Shown: piece by piece, positions 38,346 through 49,466 of the stretch | Numbering within the stretch: the first letter of the stretch is position 1 | Layout of the letters: each line of letters begins with the position of its first letter | IMG/VR virus record: IMGVR_UViG_3300044953_000267 | Location: 1 to 62,568 of that record | Source of the DNA: a virus | Lineage: Duplodnaviria; Caudoviricetes | Reading direction: 5' to 3' (one strand) | DNA: 62,568 bases | Position numbers and translations under genes: made by a program | Notes under the pieces: generated by a model | The model's database searches: none | What the model was told of the DNA's origin: nothing | What the model saw: the letters and a program-made list of their open reading frames with translations, nothing else

Positions 38346-41300
38346 TTAATTAGTACTTAAAGAATTTAAATTTCTATCTCTATTAATAAAAGTTATTTCT
38401 ACAGGAGACGTACCGTCTAAAATACCTTTTTCATTAACTGTCGTATATATAGTTTGTTCAGATTTAACAAATAAAGAAGAACTTATAGATTTATCAATCA
38501 ATTTATTAACTTTAAATGTTCTGCACGGTCTTGTTTTTAACGAATAATGTCCAACTGGATATGATTGTATATCTATGTTGCTTCCGTCTTCCAAAACACT
38601 ATCTGATTTAGCCAAATTATACTGTTTTAACGTTTTATAATAAATACTATTGTCAGAAGTAATATTATAAGGTTTAAATAAATTATAAATTTTATATGTT
38701 TCCAATGATCCAGTTGAATCAAATGTAGTATAACTACCTGAAATAGAAAATATTGAATTTCTGATTGCTATTGCATCGTCTGAAACATAATTAAATTTAA
38801 AATTATTTGTATTACCTATTGTATTGTTTCCATTTTTTGGAATATCAAGAAAAATAGAAGATGATTTCATACCGATATTAATTGCACTTGATGTATATCG
38901 TTTGTTAAATACATTTGCAGTTAAATCGGAATAGATTCCGCTATCAATTGGTTGATTTTTATATTTACTTCTTTCTAAAACAGAAGGTTCAATTAAAATA
39001 CCATCAATTAATTTATTTCTTAACGGTATTAATTGTCTAACTGTTGTAAAAAACGACTTATCAAAATAATTTTTATATAGTGTTAAAAATTCTTGATACA
39101 ATACTTTCTCAGCTAAATTATTTTTATTATAATCATTTCTTAATTGACGTAATGAATCATAGGATGATTGATAAATGTTGTTAGGATCTCCAATAACATT
39201 CATTAAATTATAATTTCCAAGAAAATCAATTATATCGTCTTCTTTAGTTTTAAATGGAGAAATATATACACCAATTAAATTAGAATCCTGTGTAACTGTA
39301 TTTGGAACTACACTTCTTTCATCTGGCATTAAACGAGCAACAACATCTTCGGTTGCCTTATTAATTTTTCTATTCTTATATTTGTTTGGCCCTGCGCTAT
39401 TAAGTTTTATATTTTGATTTGCATCAATTATATCGTATTGATATGGAAATATTGAAGCAGATGTAGGAATACAGTTAATTTCGGTAATTGTATTTGGTGG
39501 AAAATAGTATACCGAGGCAGTAAGTGTTGAATAATATTTATTTGCATTATAAAATGGATATAATCCAGAAGATGTATACAAATTTATTGGATAATCACGA
39601 CTATATCTAAAATGTAAGTCCGAATAACTAGAAGTAGGAGAATAATTATTATATCCATCAAAATTTTTACAATGGTCTAAAAATGCTTCATCGCTTAACT
39701 GAAATTTCCATATATTGATTTTATCTATGTTACCATAAAAATTATTTGTATTAAAATAATTTCCAACACGAATTGTAGATCCTGTAACAAATGACTCTAT
39801 TAAATCTTTGTGATGTATGTCTTGATGACTATTATCATATACAATACGATCATCCTCAACTGACGTTAATCTAATTTTAAACAAACTAGGAGGAGCATCT
39901 GTTCCATAGTCAAAATCTTCTGAAAGATCCACAACATTTAATAAACAATTAAATATTTTACCCGTGAACAAAGGAACATTTTCAAATACAACCTCATATA
40001 ATCCTGCGAATTTGCTTACAATGAATTTTCCCATTCCGTTTTTTACGTCTTTTTCAATTTTAATCTTGAAAGAATCCGTATCATCACAAATGAGAGTTAC
40101 CGGCACTTTTTGAGGATAATTGTGAGTAGAATCTACACGAAATTTAAATTCGATTGCCTTTTGAGGAGAAACTGGTGGAATTAAAATTTGAGTGCTATTT
40201 CCATTAAATTTAGTGAAATAGTAACGTTTTGAAAAAGTATAAGATGAATCATCATCGGTGGATAAATTATTTCCTCCGTATTCTTTTACACCTAATAAAT
40301 TATTAGGAATACCGTAAATATTTTCTATTAATCTAATACATTCTTCAGTTCCCTTCGTTTTATATATTACAGGAAGATTTTGAAGAATACGATTCCACAA
40401 TGTTTTATTTTTTTCGTCATTTGATATTGTATTTGATCCACTCAAATACATCGATTCAATAGACAAATCGTCAAATGAACTAATAGGATTCCATCCAAAT
40501 TGTTCTAATAGTACATTTGCAAATGATGAAACATACGATGAGCTACCATATGAAATAGATGCAGTATTAAACGATGATGAAAAATCACCACTAACATACT
40601 GTAATATAGGAAATTTGTTTATATAAAGATATAAGTTATCAAAATGATGACCTATCATTGATAAGAAAATTAAATAATCAGAATTATCTGAATCATTAAC
40701 AATATATGCAGGTACATTGTTAACAAGACTGTCTTTATTGTCTCTATCATATTCTATCGCAGAATTAATATAATCTTGGTAATCACTATTATTGGATCCG
40801 GATTGTATAAATGATAAATTATTTAAATAAATTTCATATCCATCAAAAGAATCATATATAGTGTTTATTTGTTTTTTTGCATTTGATGTATCGAATGCAT
40901 ACGACATACTTAAAGCACTGCTTGCTGATATAGATGAACTTTGATACTGTAAAATTTTATTGTTTAATGAATTTACTTTTAATAATTTATTTAATAATAA
41001 TTTTACTCTTATTTCCGCAGAAGAAAATAATATAAAGTTAGAAAAATTGCTATAATCTACATTTAATTCAGTTTCTTTTTTATAAAAATTTACACTATTT
41101 TTTACATCATCTGATAATTTTAAATCATTAGACGATTTAAAATCAACAGGATTTGATACGTAACTGTCAACTCTAACTTTGAAATTCGGAGGAGCAATTT
41201 TAAACGTTTGTCTTACTTTAGGTACATTTATTACTATCTTTTGAATCAAAGGTTGAATTGAAATATTAGATACCCAACAACGATCTCGTAATCCAACAGA

Positions 41301-42458
41301 TAATGGTAAGAAATCAAATAATTTAACAATTAAAACCGGAGAACCAGATTGATTAATATACCCTTTGAAATTTAAAATTGTTAAAAAATTACCATTTCCG
41401 AAGTTTAATGCGTTTTGTAAATATCCTAAAAATTTATTTTTATATTCAATATCAATAGTATCTAATACAATTTTAACAAAATTATCATAAAAAATACCAG
41501 TTATAAAATTTGTAATTTTTTCTTTATTTACTGCATTGTTTCCAAAAAATAAATTTAATTTATTTAATTCAGATTCAGTTGCTTTATTTATTATGTATTT
41601 AAATTCATTTTGTAAATCTTCTACTGATACTATTTTTTGATAGTAAGTATAGATCCAGTTTTTTAAGTAATTTAAAATGCCATCAAAAATTTCATATATA
41701 ATTTGATTATCGTTTCCTTTTATAGATTTAGTATATCCTATATAAGTATCATTTAAAAACTTTATTATATCCATGTCGGTTTTAAACCCGAACACAGACT
41801 TCATCAACGCAAATATAGCTTTATTATTATCAATTAATTGTTGTGATTGTGCGTAAATTTGATATTTTTCTAATTTAGAAACTAAAATATTTACAATATC
41901 TCGTAAAAGTATTTTCTTTTGACAAAATGCACTCAATTGTAAATTAACTAATACATTTTCATTATCGTTTTTGTCAATATTAAATGTAGGAGATAATTCT
42001 ATTTCTTTTCTATTTTGTGAAATATTTGTAATTAAAAGAGGATAATCTGTAGAACTTCCAATATTTCTAACAAAATTATAAGAAACGATATTATTACCAG
42101 TAGTTATTCCACTTGCACTTAAATTTGTTAATAGATTCAATAAAAAATTTCTATTGAATGAAACTGTATAATTACTATTATCAAATCTTTTATATTCGTA
42201 TGTTAAAGTTTTTTGATCAACATCTTTGTATGTTCTAGAAACAATATTATAAATCGGATTTACCGATAAATAATTCCATGCTTGTAAATTACCTTCTATA
42301 TCATAGATTGAAAATTCTACTAAATCTTGTTCTGAATTTCCAAAATAATAATCAGATACAGATCCTGAAAAAACATTATCCAGATCTTTTTGTTCGTAAA
42401 AAGACGCTGTATTTAATTGGTCTGTATAATTTGATATTGTTTTATATGCAAATGCCAT
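38346..42458 (-). CDS. Large baseplate wedge-like protein with LamG-like domain
   Basis: MIGHHFD, LPVIYKTKGT..I..I..IYG (gp7/tail protein I-type), FYGNIDKINIW. Confidence 0.6.
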   Translation of the reverse strand: MAFAYKTISNYTDQLNTASFYEQKDLDNVFSGSVSDYYFGNSEQDLVEFSIYDIEGNLQAWNYLSVNPIYNIVSRTYKDVDQKTLTYEYKRFDNSNYTVSFNRNFLLNLLTNLSASGITTGNNIVSYNFVRNIGSSTDYPLLITNISQNRKEIELSPTFNIDKNDNENVLVNLQLSAFCQKKILLRDIVNILVSKLEKYQIYAQSQQLIDNNKAIFALMKSVFGFKTDMDIIKFLNDTYIGYTKSIKGNDNQIIYEIFDGILNYLKNWIYTYYQKIVSVEDLQNEFKYIINKATESELNKLNLFFGNNAVNKEKITNFITGIFYDNFVKIVLDTIDIEYKNKFLGYLQNALNFGNGNFLTILNFKGYINQSGSPVLIVKLFDFLPLSVGLRDRCWVSNISIQPLIQKIVINVPKVRQTFKIAPPNFKVRVDSYVSNPVDFKSSNDLKLSDDVKNSVNFYKKETELNVDYSNFSNFILFSSAEIRVKLLLNKLLKVNSLNNKILQYQSSSISASSALSMSYAFDTSNAKKQINTIYDSFDGYEIYLNNLSFIQSGSNNSDYQDYINSAIEYDRDNKDSLVNNVPAYIVNDSDNSDYLIFLSMIGHHFDNLYLYINKFPILQYVSGDFSSSFNTASISYGSSSYVSSFANVLLEQFGWNPISSFDDLSIESMYLSGSNTISNDEKNKTLWNRILQNLPVIYKTKGTEECIRLIENIYGIPNNLLGVKEYGGNNLSTDDDSSYTFSKRYYFTKFNGNSTQILIPPVSPQKAIEFKFRVDSTHNYPQKVPVTLICDDTDSFKIKIEKDVKNGMGKFIVSKFAGLYEVVFENVPLFTGKIFNCLLNVVDLSEDFDYGTDAPPSLFKIRLTSVEDDRIVYDNSHQDIHHKDLIESFVTGSTIRVGNYFNTNNFYGNIDKINIWKFQLSDEAFLDHCKNFDGYNNYSPTSSYSDLHFRYSRDYPINLYTSSGLYPFYNANKYYSTLTASVYYFPPNTITEINCIPTSASIFPYQYDIIDANQNIKLNSAGPNKYKNRKINKATEDVVARLMPDERSVVPNTVTQDSNLIGVYISPFKTKEDDIIDFLGNYNLMNVIGDPNNIYQSSYDSLRQLRNDYNKNNLAEKVLYQEFLTLYKNYFDKSFFTTVRQLIPLRNKLIDGILIEPSVLERSKYKNQPIDSGIYSDLTANVFNKRYTSSAINIGMKSSSIFLDIPKNGNNTIGNTNNFKFNYVSDDAIAIRNSIFSISGSYTTFDSTGSLETYKIYNLFKPYNITSDNSIYYKTLKQYNLAKSDSVLEDGSNIDIQSYPVGHYSLKTRPCRTFKVNKLIDKSISSSLFVKSEQTIYTTVNEKGILDGTSPVEITFINRDRNLNSLSTN

Positions 42459-42461
42459 AAA

Positions 42462-42920
42462 TTATTCTGGTGGATTATCAACGTTTTTCAAATATGGAAA
42501 TTGACTAGAAAAATCAGACTCGACCTTTCCTTCTCCTAATTGAATTCTTAATTGTATGATAAGATTTTTTGCTGCGGCAACATCATCGTCTGTGGTTTTA
42601 ATTTTACTAGAATTTATTACTGCGTTCAATTGATCATTCAAAGCAGCTACTTCAATATTTAGTCTACTTATCGTATCTTTGTTAGATTCAGTCTCAATCA
42701 ATTCAGAAACCGTAGGTGTTGCTATCTCTTCCATACTAACATCGTATAATTCTTTTATTTTTTTGTTGTCATAAAGATTATTTAATAATCTAAATGATAC
42801 ATATTCTTCATTTATATTATTAGGAACGGAAAATATATTTATATTACCAAAATTGTCTAAATTATTAGTAAATTCTCCTGTTAATAAAAACTGATTTATT
42901 TCTGGTATGAAAGATTTCAT
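42462..42920 (-). CDS. Hypothetical tail-module protein
   Basis: Intact ORF, ATGA overlap with upstream gene. Confidence 0.55.
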   Translation of the reverse strand: MKSFIPEINQFLLTGEFTNNLDNFGNINIFSVPNNINEEYVSFRLLNNLYDNKKIKELYDVSMEEIATPTVSELIETESNKDTISRLNIEVAALNDQLNAVINSSKIKTTDDDVAAAKNLIIQLRIQLGEGKVESDFSSQFPYLKNVDNPPE

Positions 42921-44497
42921 CTTGTAATTTTAAATACATATCCATTGTCAAATATTTGTGTAGTATTATTTGTCACGGTTTTGATTAGAATTCTATAGTA
43001 TCTTTCTACTGCAAATGAAGTTGTATCTAAATTAAAATAATGAACATTACCATCACAACTTAATTTTGTATAACTATCAAAGTCTAAAATCATTCTTTCA
43101 CTTTCATTATCTTTAATAGCATAACAAGAACTTGTCGGAAGTAAACTTGATGTCAAATACTGATTCATTTGATATCCCTTTACAAAATTCTTCAAAGGAT
43201 TCTTTGCTCTTGCAAAAACATCAATTCTAGGTAATGATCCAAATTTATAATTTTTGCTTACATTTTTTAATACCACTGTAAATGGAACACTTTCACTTAC
43301 TGAAACTAAACTTCCACTTATATAAGAAGTATCATCCCATTGTGCGTCAAGATACGGTGTATAAATAGTATTTGAATCTTTACTGTAAAATTTAAGAGTT
43401 CCTGTGGTATTTTCGGCTTCTGATAACTCTAAAGAACTTAATAATATTATTCCTTCATTAGGTACGCATCCACAAATCCATGATTTAACAATAGATGTTA
43501 CATTCATATTAATATCTGATGTTGTATAATCAAAAGATTGTGAACAAACTAATGAAGATGTCGTTTGTAAATTTGAACAATATCCACTTGCAGGTACACT
43601 ATACGAACTTGGAATTGTATAATACCACGTTCCTCCTCCTTTTTGAAAAGATTCACTTGCATAAGAACTAGTATTTAAATAATCTACAAATTTATACGTA
43701 GCACTTGCTGTTATTGGATACCATTCTAAACTACCAGAGTTACCTGAATAGTTTCTATAATACCAACTTGCTCCTAAATGACTTCCTCCAGTTGCATATC
43801 GTCCGTTTCCCATTTCCCAACTTTGGCTAACAGGATATCCATAAATTGAGTAAGAAAGTGGCAACTCTTCAGACTCAGTTACAATTAATTTTAAATTAAA
43901 TTTCATTGATCCAGTATTCGATATAGTTCCATCTGCAATTGATTTAGAAATAGTAGTTAAATCAAATTTTAACAATGCTCTACTTAACTCTGGTAAATTT
44001 GAATTTACTGTTATTGGATTATAAACACTTTGAGTTCCTAAAAATGTTCCTAATCCAGTTCCACTAAATGATTGCACACTTCCAGATGCATTGTCGATAC
44101 ATCCAGACCAACTACCTGTAATTGAACCGGATATACTTCCGGTCATACTTGCAGATGTATTTGTAATACTTCCAATATATACGGTGCCTTCTAAACTTCC
44201 CGTTAAAATACCTGTAAAGTAATTTGATGCGGTTACATTAGCACTTCCACTAACAATCAAATATGATCCTGTGCCAGATCCACTTAAATCAGCATTTAAA
44301 CTTCCAGAGAATTTATTATAAGTTAAAACAATATTTGAACTTTGAGAAACACTGCTACTTTGATAAAACACTGTAGTTTGTATCAATTGAGTATTCGCTT
44401 TAACTTCTAAAATTTCATCAATACCCAAACTTTTAGAAACATAAGTGGTTTCGTTAGTAAGATAAGTATCTTTAGACGGATATATAAAATAATGCAT
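42917..44497 (-). CDS. Virion structural protein, SGS-rich (DNRLRE/CBM96-like fold possible)
   Basis: KDTY..N, RALLKFDL, YPVSQSWEMG, NEGIIL, KFYSKD..P.L. Confidence 0.55.
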   Translation of the reverse strand: MHYFIYPSKDTYLTNETTYVSKSLGIDEILEVKANTQLIQTTVFYQSSSVSQSSNIVLTYNKFSGSLNADLSGSGTGSYLIVSGSANVTASNYFTGILTGSLEGTVYIGSITNTSASMTGSISGSITGSWSGCIDNASGSVQSFSGTGLGTFLGTQSVYNPITVNSNLPELSRALLKFDLTTISKSIADGTISNTGSMKFNLKLIVTESEELPLSYSIYGYPVSQSWEMGNGRYATGGSHLGASWYYRNYSGNSGSLEWYPITASATYKFVDYLNTSSYASESFQKGGGTWYYTIPSSYSVPASGYCSNLQTTSSLVCSQSFDYTTSDINMNVTSIVKSWICGCVPNEGIILLSSLELSEAENTTGTLKFYSKDSNTIYTPYLDAQWDDTSYISGSLVSVSESVPFTVVLKNVSKNYKFGSLPRIDVFARAKNPLKNFVKGYQMNQYLTSSLLPTSSCYAIKDNESERMILDFDSYTKLSCDGNVHYFNLDTTSFAVERYYRILIKTVTNNTTQIFDNGYVFKITR

Positions 44498-44498
44498 A

Positions 44499-46481
44499 TT
44501 AAATCACTGCTCCTCTAATGTCTGTGTCTGGATATTTAATTTCAAAAACAGATGGGTCTAACGACGGATAAACAATTTTATTCACAGTTGCTTGCTCAAA
44601 ATTATATTCATGCGGAGAATATGTTCCATCATTAATTGTTAAATTTTTAAATTTAATCTCTACAACAGATTGTACACCTTCTGTATTTGCAATTTCTAAT
44701 TCTAATTGATTTATATTTATTGGTTGATTAAACGTCCATTTATCTATTAAAAAGTAATTTTTAACTTTTTCTATACATTGATTTAACACATCTCTTTTAT
44801 TATAGTTATTAAATACATAAATTTTAAAATCTATTCCAAAATTGATAATATATCCATCAATAATATTGATACCATCAGACAATAATTTATATTTTTCTAA
44901 ATATTTTTTGAGATTGTATAATAACGCATTATTAATTGATGATAAATTTTTATTTGAATCATAAGTTAAAACATATAAATTAATACTAAATGGATTTGAT
45001 ATATCATAATTTACTTTTCTAAAGTAATTATCAACCGCATTATTTAATAAAGTAACTTGATCGTTGTAATCATAAAATCCACTTATATTTTTATTTATAT
45101 TTACGTTTAAATTAGAATTTGTCACTGCAAAAACTTTTGCAATTGTTCCAAATTTTGCAGGTAAACTATAAACTCGTGTTATATAATCATCCGCTGTAAC
45201 TGCTCTGTTTTGTGAAGCGAAATATGCCAACGCATTTTGTCTAATTTCATCAACTGTTTCTTCGCCACCTCCACCAGTTGCTGGAATTGGATTATTTACT
45301 CTTAATGAGTTTTGAATAGTTTGTATTAAATTTAATTGAGATGGATTTAATGTTGAAAAATCATTTGCATATTCAACAGAAACAATAGTTTTTATATCAT
45401 CGGACGCACAATTACTTAATATACCACCTCCAATAATATATTTTATGTTTAATACAGTGTTTGCGGGGGCTTGACCCATTGAATTTGTTTTGAGCAACTT
45501 ACTACTATCATATGATAGATTTAAATTTCCTAAATTACTCAATCCTATTCCTACAATATCTTGAGTTGGATAAATAATTTCATCAGACATACTATCTGTA
45601 CCCGGACCAAATTGCAAAAAGGTCGTATTATTAGACGTAACATTAACAGTAAACTTTCTTGAAGTTTTCAATGTTTTTATTAATTTTGAAACCGTAGTTT
45701 TATACGCAGGTAAAGTTTGGTCATTATTAATTGAATTTTCTTCTTCAGTAAAAATTAAATCTTGTGCTAAATAATCAACTTGATACCATTTATTATTATC
45801 ACTATCACGTACATCTAATATATCAACGACATTTTTTTCAGCTAATGAAATATTTAAAAATGATTGCGCACTGTTTATATTAAATTCTGTATTTACAATT
45901 TGTCCAGCAATTACGGATGCAGATTTTTTCAATAAAAAGAATTGTGGAATTCCATAATCATCCCTAGAATAAATTGTTGATTCTCTAGGAGAAGTCTTTG
46001 TGTCTACTGCGAAATCAATAGGAGAAGTTGTTATGTAATATACACCCGCTGTATTCATAACTTGCATATATTCTCTTAATGCGAGAGCATATGTCAAATC
46101 TGGTTCGTATTCATTGGTTGTTTCATTTTTTACAGCGGGAATTAATTGATAAACATCAATAGTTGTTATTGCAGATTTTGTAGGTTTAGTTTTATATCCT
46201 AAATAATTTGCCAATGCTATTACATTTTTTATTTCTTCTGCATAAGCAAGTAAACTTTCTTTGAATTGATAGTCTGTGTAATATGCTAATACATCTCCAA
46301 CATAAGATGCTTGTTCGATAAACATTGTACCCGGAGAAGCAGCAGTAAAATCTTTGTATGAAGTAGGAAAATATGTTTGAGCATATTGAATTAATGCATC
46401 TTTAAAGGAAGCAAAATCTTTATTTATATATTTTATATCCTTTTTAGATGTATTAAATTGCTTTTGAATTATATCTGCCAT
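44499..46481 (-). CDS. Baseplate wedge subunit (T4 gp6-like)
   Basis: DF..FK..L, FGPG, GGGGEETVDEIRQNA, QNRAVTADDY. Confidence 0.88.
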   Translation of the reverse strand: MADIIQKQFNTSKKDIKYINKDFASFKDALIQYAQTYFPTSYKDFTAASPGTMFIEQASYVGDVLAYYTDYQFKESLLAYAEEIKNVIALANYLGYKTKPTKSAITTIDVYQLIPAVKNETTNEYEPDLTYALALREYMQVMNTAGVYYITTSPIDFAVDTKTSPRESTIYSRDDYGIPQFFLLKKSASVIAGQIVNTEFNINSAQSFLNISLAEKNVVDILDVRDSDNNKWYQVDYLAQDLIFTEEENSINNDQTLPAYKTTVSKLIKTLKTSRKFTVNVTSNNTTFLQFGPGTDSMSDEIIYPTQDIVGIGLSNLGNLNLSYDSSKLLKTNSMGQAPANTVLNIKYIIGGGILSNCASDDIKTIVSVEYANDFSTLNPSQLNLIQTIQNSLRVNNPIPATGGGGEETVDEIRQNALAYFASQNRAVTADDYITRVYSLPAKFGTIAKVFAVTNSNLNVNINKNISGFYDYNDQVTLLNNAVDNYFRKVNYDISNPFSINLYVLTYDSNKNLSSINNALLYNLKKYLEKYKLLSDGINIIDGYIINFGIDFKIYVFNNYNKRDVLNQCIEKVKNYFLIDKWTFNQPININQLELEIANTEGVQSVVEIKFKNLTINDGTYSPHEYNFEQATVNKIVYPSLDPSVFEIKYPDTDIRGAVI

Positions 46482-46485
46482 AAAA

Positions 46486-46881
46486 TTATACTTTATTTTG
46501 TGTCAATTCTACATTTACTGAATCCGATTGATTATTTACAATAAATTCTACTTTAATGTATACTTTATAAGTATCTTTAAAATTGTTTTTTTCACTATCA
46601 GTAAATTTTAAATTAACATTTTTAACAGTTACGCCCGGTATCCACAAATTTATTTTGTCTTGGATTACTTTTTTCAAAATTTCTAGAGTTTCTTCCAAAT
46701 TTTGTTCAAACAGATATTCTTGTAAACCACTTGAAAACTGTGGTTGCATTCTTCTTTCACCTGAATTAGTAAGCAATAAATTTATTATGTTAGATTTAAT
46801 TTGAGTCAATGTATCATATGATTGATCAAAAAATCCTGCATTTCCACGAGTTAATGGTAGTACTAATCCTATAGGTTTCAT
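46486..46881 (-). CDS. Baseplate gp25/gpW-like protein
   Basis: IKSNIINLLLTNSGERRMQP.F...L.EYLFE. Confidence 0.9.
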   Translation of the reverse strand: MKPIGLVLPLTRGNAGFFDQSYDTLTQIKSNIINLLLTNSGERRMQPQFSSGLQEYLFEQNLEETLEILKKVIQDKINLWIPGVTVKNVNLKFTDSEKNNFKDTYKVYIKVEFIVNNQSDSVNVELTQNKV

Positions 46882-46882
46882 A

Positions 46883-47416
46883 TTAGTCTATCGTTGAAAA
46901 ATCAGTCGGAACTCCACCGTCAATACTTAATCCCCCAACAGATCCTCCTAAAAAGCCACCAGCTTTCTTCTTCGTATCAACTGCTTTCATCAATTTTCTA
47001 TAATCTTTAAATATTCCCATTTTAGCTTGTGCTTTAGTTTCTTCATTTAATACTGGAGATGCAGAAGATACAGGTTGTTCTTTGATATTTAATTTTTGTG
47101 AAGGCATTTTTTTAACCGGAGGCAACATTTGTTGTCCATATGAAGCCTCTTGTGGAACTTCACCTTCAGTTTTATTCAATATTTGATTTATTAAAGGATT
47201 TGTTGAATACTTTTTTGGTGTCTTAACTTGTTTAGAAGAATTATCCTCTTTTTTTAGAGAACTAAAAAAGTCTTCGCTCTCATGTTTTTCAGAACTTTGT
47301 TTTTTTTCAGTTAAAATCTCTGATAAAACACTTGGAATTAAACTAGGCAATTCTTTTTGAATCTCTTCGTGAACAATTTTACGTATTATTTGTTTCAATT
47401 GATCGTTTTTTGTCAT
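46883..47416 (-). CDS. Hypothetical protein
   Basis: LKQIIRKIVHEEI leader; DYRKLMKA. Confidence 0.6.
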   Translation of the reverse strand: MTKNDQLKQIIRKIVHEEIQKELPSLIPSVLSEILTEKKQSSEKHESEDFFSSLKKEDNSSKQVKTPKKYSTNPLINQILNKTEGEVPQEASYGQQMLPPVKKMPSQKLNIKEQPVSSASPVLNEETKAQAKMGIFKDYRKLMKAVDTKKKAGGFLGGSVGGLSIDGGVPTDFSTID

Positions 47417-47466
47417 ATATAATAACTATCTTTGAATATTTTATTTTATCTATATAATTTTGATGA

Positions 47467-49098
47467 TTACCAACGTTTTTCTCGTCTTGACTTGGCATAA
47501 TATCCTCCCGGAACTCCTTTTCCACTATCAAGGTTCACCGTTGTAGGTATTACATTACTATCAGTATTGATTGGAGATACTCCGTCTGCTCCTAATGCAT
47601 ATCCTCCACCCGTAACAAATACTCGTCTACTCATCAAGTATTTCAATCTAGCTTGTAATTTTTCCAACAATTTGATTTGAGGATTTACAGGTACATTTGT
47701 CACATTTGGTACTGCGCCACCTGCATGAGGATGTGTATGATCATATAAGTGGATATGTGCTTTTAACCACTCACACAAATCATATAACCAATCAACAGTT
47801 GTTTGTCCTAAAAGTGCAGGTTCATTTGTTTCATCATATTGACCTAAGTAAATTACAGGACTATTAATTACAGTTTTTTTATTGGTAGTAATAACAACTT
47901 GATCATCTGCATCCACTGTGTATTCACTGTCAGTTATAACGGCATATCTTTTTTTACTATAATGAAAAGTTTCTGCCAAACGGCTACTTAAAATCAATCG
48001 ATCAGTATTTATAACAATTTGGTCTCCGTCTAATACAGAAGGATTAATAAACGAAGTTGCACCTTCTGGTGAATATTTAGATTGTTCCTCTTTCTTATTC
48101 TTACAGAATATAGTTTTATATACTGTGGTTTTCCATTTTGACTGAGTTAATCCACATGTAATATAAATTGAACTTCCATCATTGTTTATATCTTCCTCTA
48201 TAATACCTCCTGAATTCTTTTCTAAAGGTGGTATTTTCGGTATTTTTGGCAACAATTTATGAAGTCCTTCTGTTTCTCCATTTTCATTTCCCAATTGACG
48301 TTGACGATTTCGTATTATAATCATCGGATTACCTGCACCTGTATAATCAGGATAACGTGAATCTCCTATGTCAAATTTTCTATTAGAATCATATGAAGAA
48401 AACCTAATAGATTGACCGAAACGACTTTCAATCGTCATATCTCCTTCATATTTTTTTATAGTTCTTATTTTATTATTTGCTAAATAATATTCTCCCAAAA
48501 CCCCTCCATAATTTGCATTTTTTATTTGGGATGGACCTACATATGATATTGGACCTTTTAAAGGCTTATATGTATTATTTTTTGATACATTATCTTGTCG
48601 ATTACCTACTGTATTACCTTCAGTTTTTTCAATATCAAAACGAGCATTGTTATTTTGAAAGCCATTAATATTTAATTTTCGAAAATAATACCATTCTCTT
48701 CTAAATTTACCAATTAATACTACTTCATTTAACAGAGGAAATTCTATTATTCCAGTAGAATTCATTGGCTTTGCCCATACTAATTGTTCTCTTGGTACAC
48801 CTATTTGCGAATTCAATAAACGAAATAAAACTCTTCCTATGTACGTATAGTTTTTTGAACCTTTTTTTGTATCCTTATCGATTTGATCTGTTAATTGATT
48901 TTTATAATTATCTGGCCATTCTTCTGCCACCAAAGTTTCAATAGCAGGATGAGTCGCATCTAATATTACATCTAAAACTACAGCTTCTTCTAATTCATAA
49001 AATTCTGATAAATTTGATGTCTCTGATGTAGTTTTAAACCCATTTTCATTAAATTTAGAATTACTACCTATTGAATTTTTAATATTCCAGTAAGACAT
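47467..49098 (-). CDS. Baseplate hub/central spike (gp5/gpV-like)
   Basis: FPLLNEVVLI OB-fold-type motif, YEGD..IESRFGQSIRF, C-terminal HIH...HTHPH; upstream of gp25-like gene. Confidence 0.65.
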   Translation of the reverse strand: MSYWNIKNSIGSNSKFNENGFKTTSETSNLSEFYELEEAVVLDVILDATHPAIETLVAEEWPDNYKNQLTDQIDKDTKKGSKNYTYIGRVLFRLLNSQIGVPREQLVWAKPMNSTGIIEFPLLNEVVLIGKFRREWYYFRKLNINGFQNNNARFDIEKTEGNTVGNRQDNVSKNNTYKPLKGPISYVGPSQIKNANYGGVLGEYYLANNKIRTIKKYEGDMTIESRFGQSIRFSSYDSNRKFDIGDSRYPDYTGAGNPMIIIRNRQRQLGNENGETEGLHKLLPKIPKIPPLEKNSGGIIEEDINNDGSSIYITCGLTQSKWKTTVYKTIFCKNKKEEQSKYSPEGATSFINPSVLDGDQIVINTDRLILSSRLAETFHYSKKRYAVITDSEYTVDADDQVVITTNKKTVINSPVIYLGQYDETNEPALLGQTTVDWLYDLCEWLKAHIHLYDHTHPHAGGAVPNVTNVPVNPQIKLLEKLQARLKYLMSRRVFVTGGGYALGADGVSPINTDSNVIPTTVNLDSGKGVPGGYYAKSRREKRW

Positions 49099-49104
49099 AT
49101 TTGT

Positions 49105-49464
49105 TTATTTTTCTATTGGTTTACTTATTTCTTTGGCAATACTACTTGCTTCTTCCATCAATTGTTTTCGTTCGTCTTCACTTAAACCAAAACCAGTTTC
49201 TCCATCTTTTCCACCTTGATTTGAAGCTAATCTTTGAATAATTGCCGCTAATTTTACAAGCTGCTCGTCATTTTTTATAGTAACATCTAAATATTCTCGT
49301 ATTAAAGGAATAATTAATAACGCATCTTGTGGTGTTTTTACCATAGATCTTAAATCATTAATTAATTGCTCTATGGTATCATTTCTATCTTCACTATTAA
49401 TAACAATATCTTTAAGCAACGAAGAAAATTTCTTTCCTTTATATATTTCAAATTCTAAATCCAT
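49105..49464 (-). CDS. Hypothetical helical protein
   Basis: Intact ORF in operon. Confidence 0.6.
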   Translation of the reverse strand: MDLEFEIYKGKKFSSLLKDIVINSEDRNDTIEQLINDLRSMVKTPQDALLIIPLIREYLDVTIKNDEQLVKLAAIIQRLASNQGGKDGETGFGLSEDERKQLMEEASSIAKEISKPIEK

Positions 49465-49466
49465 AC

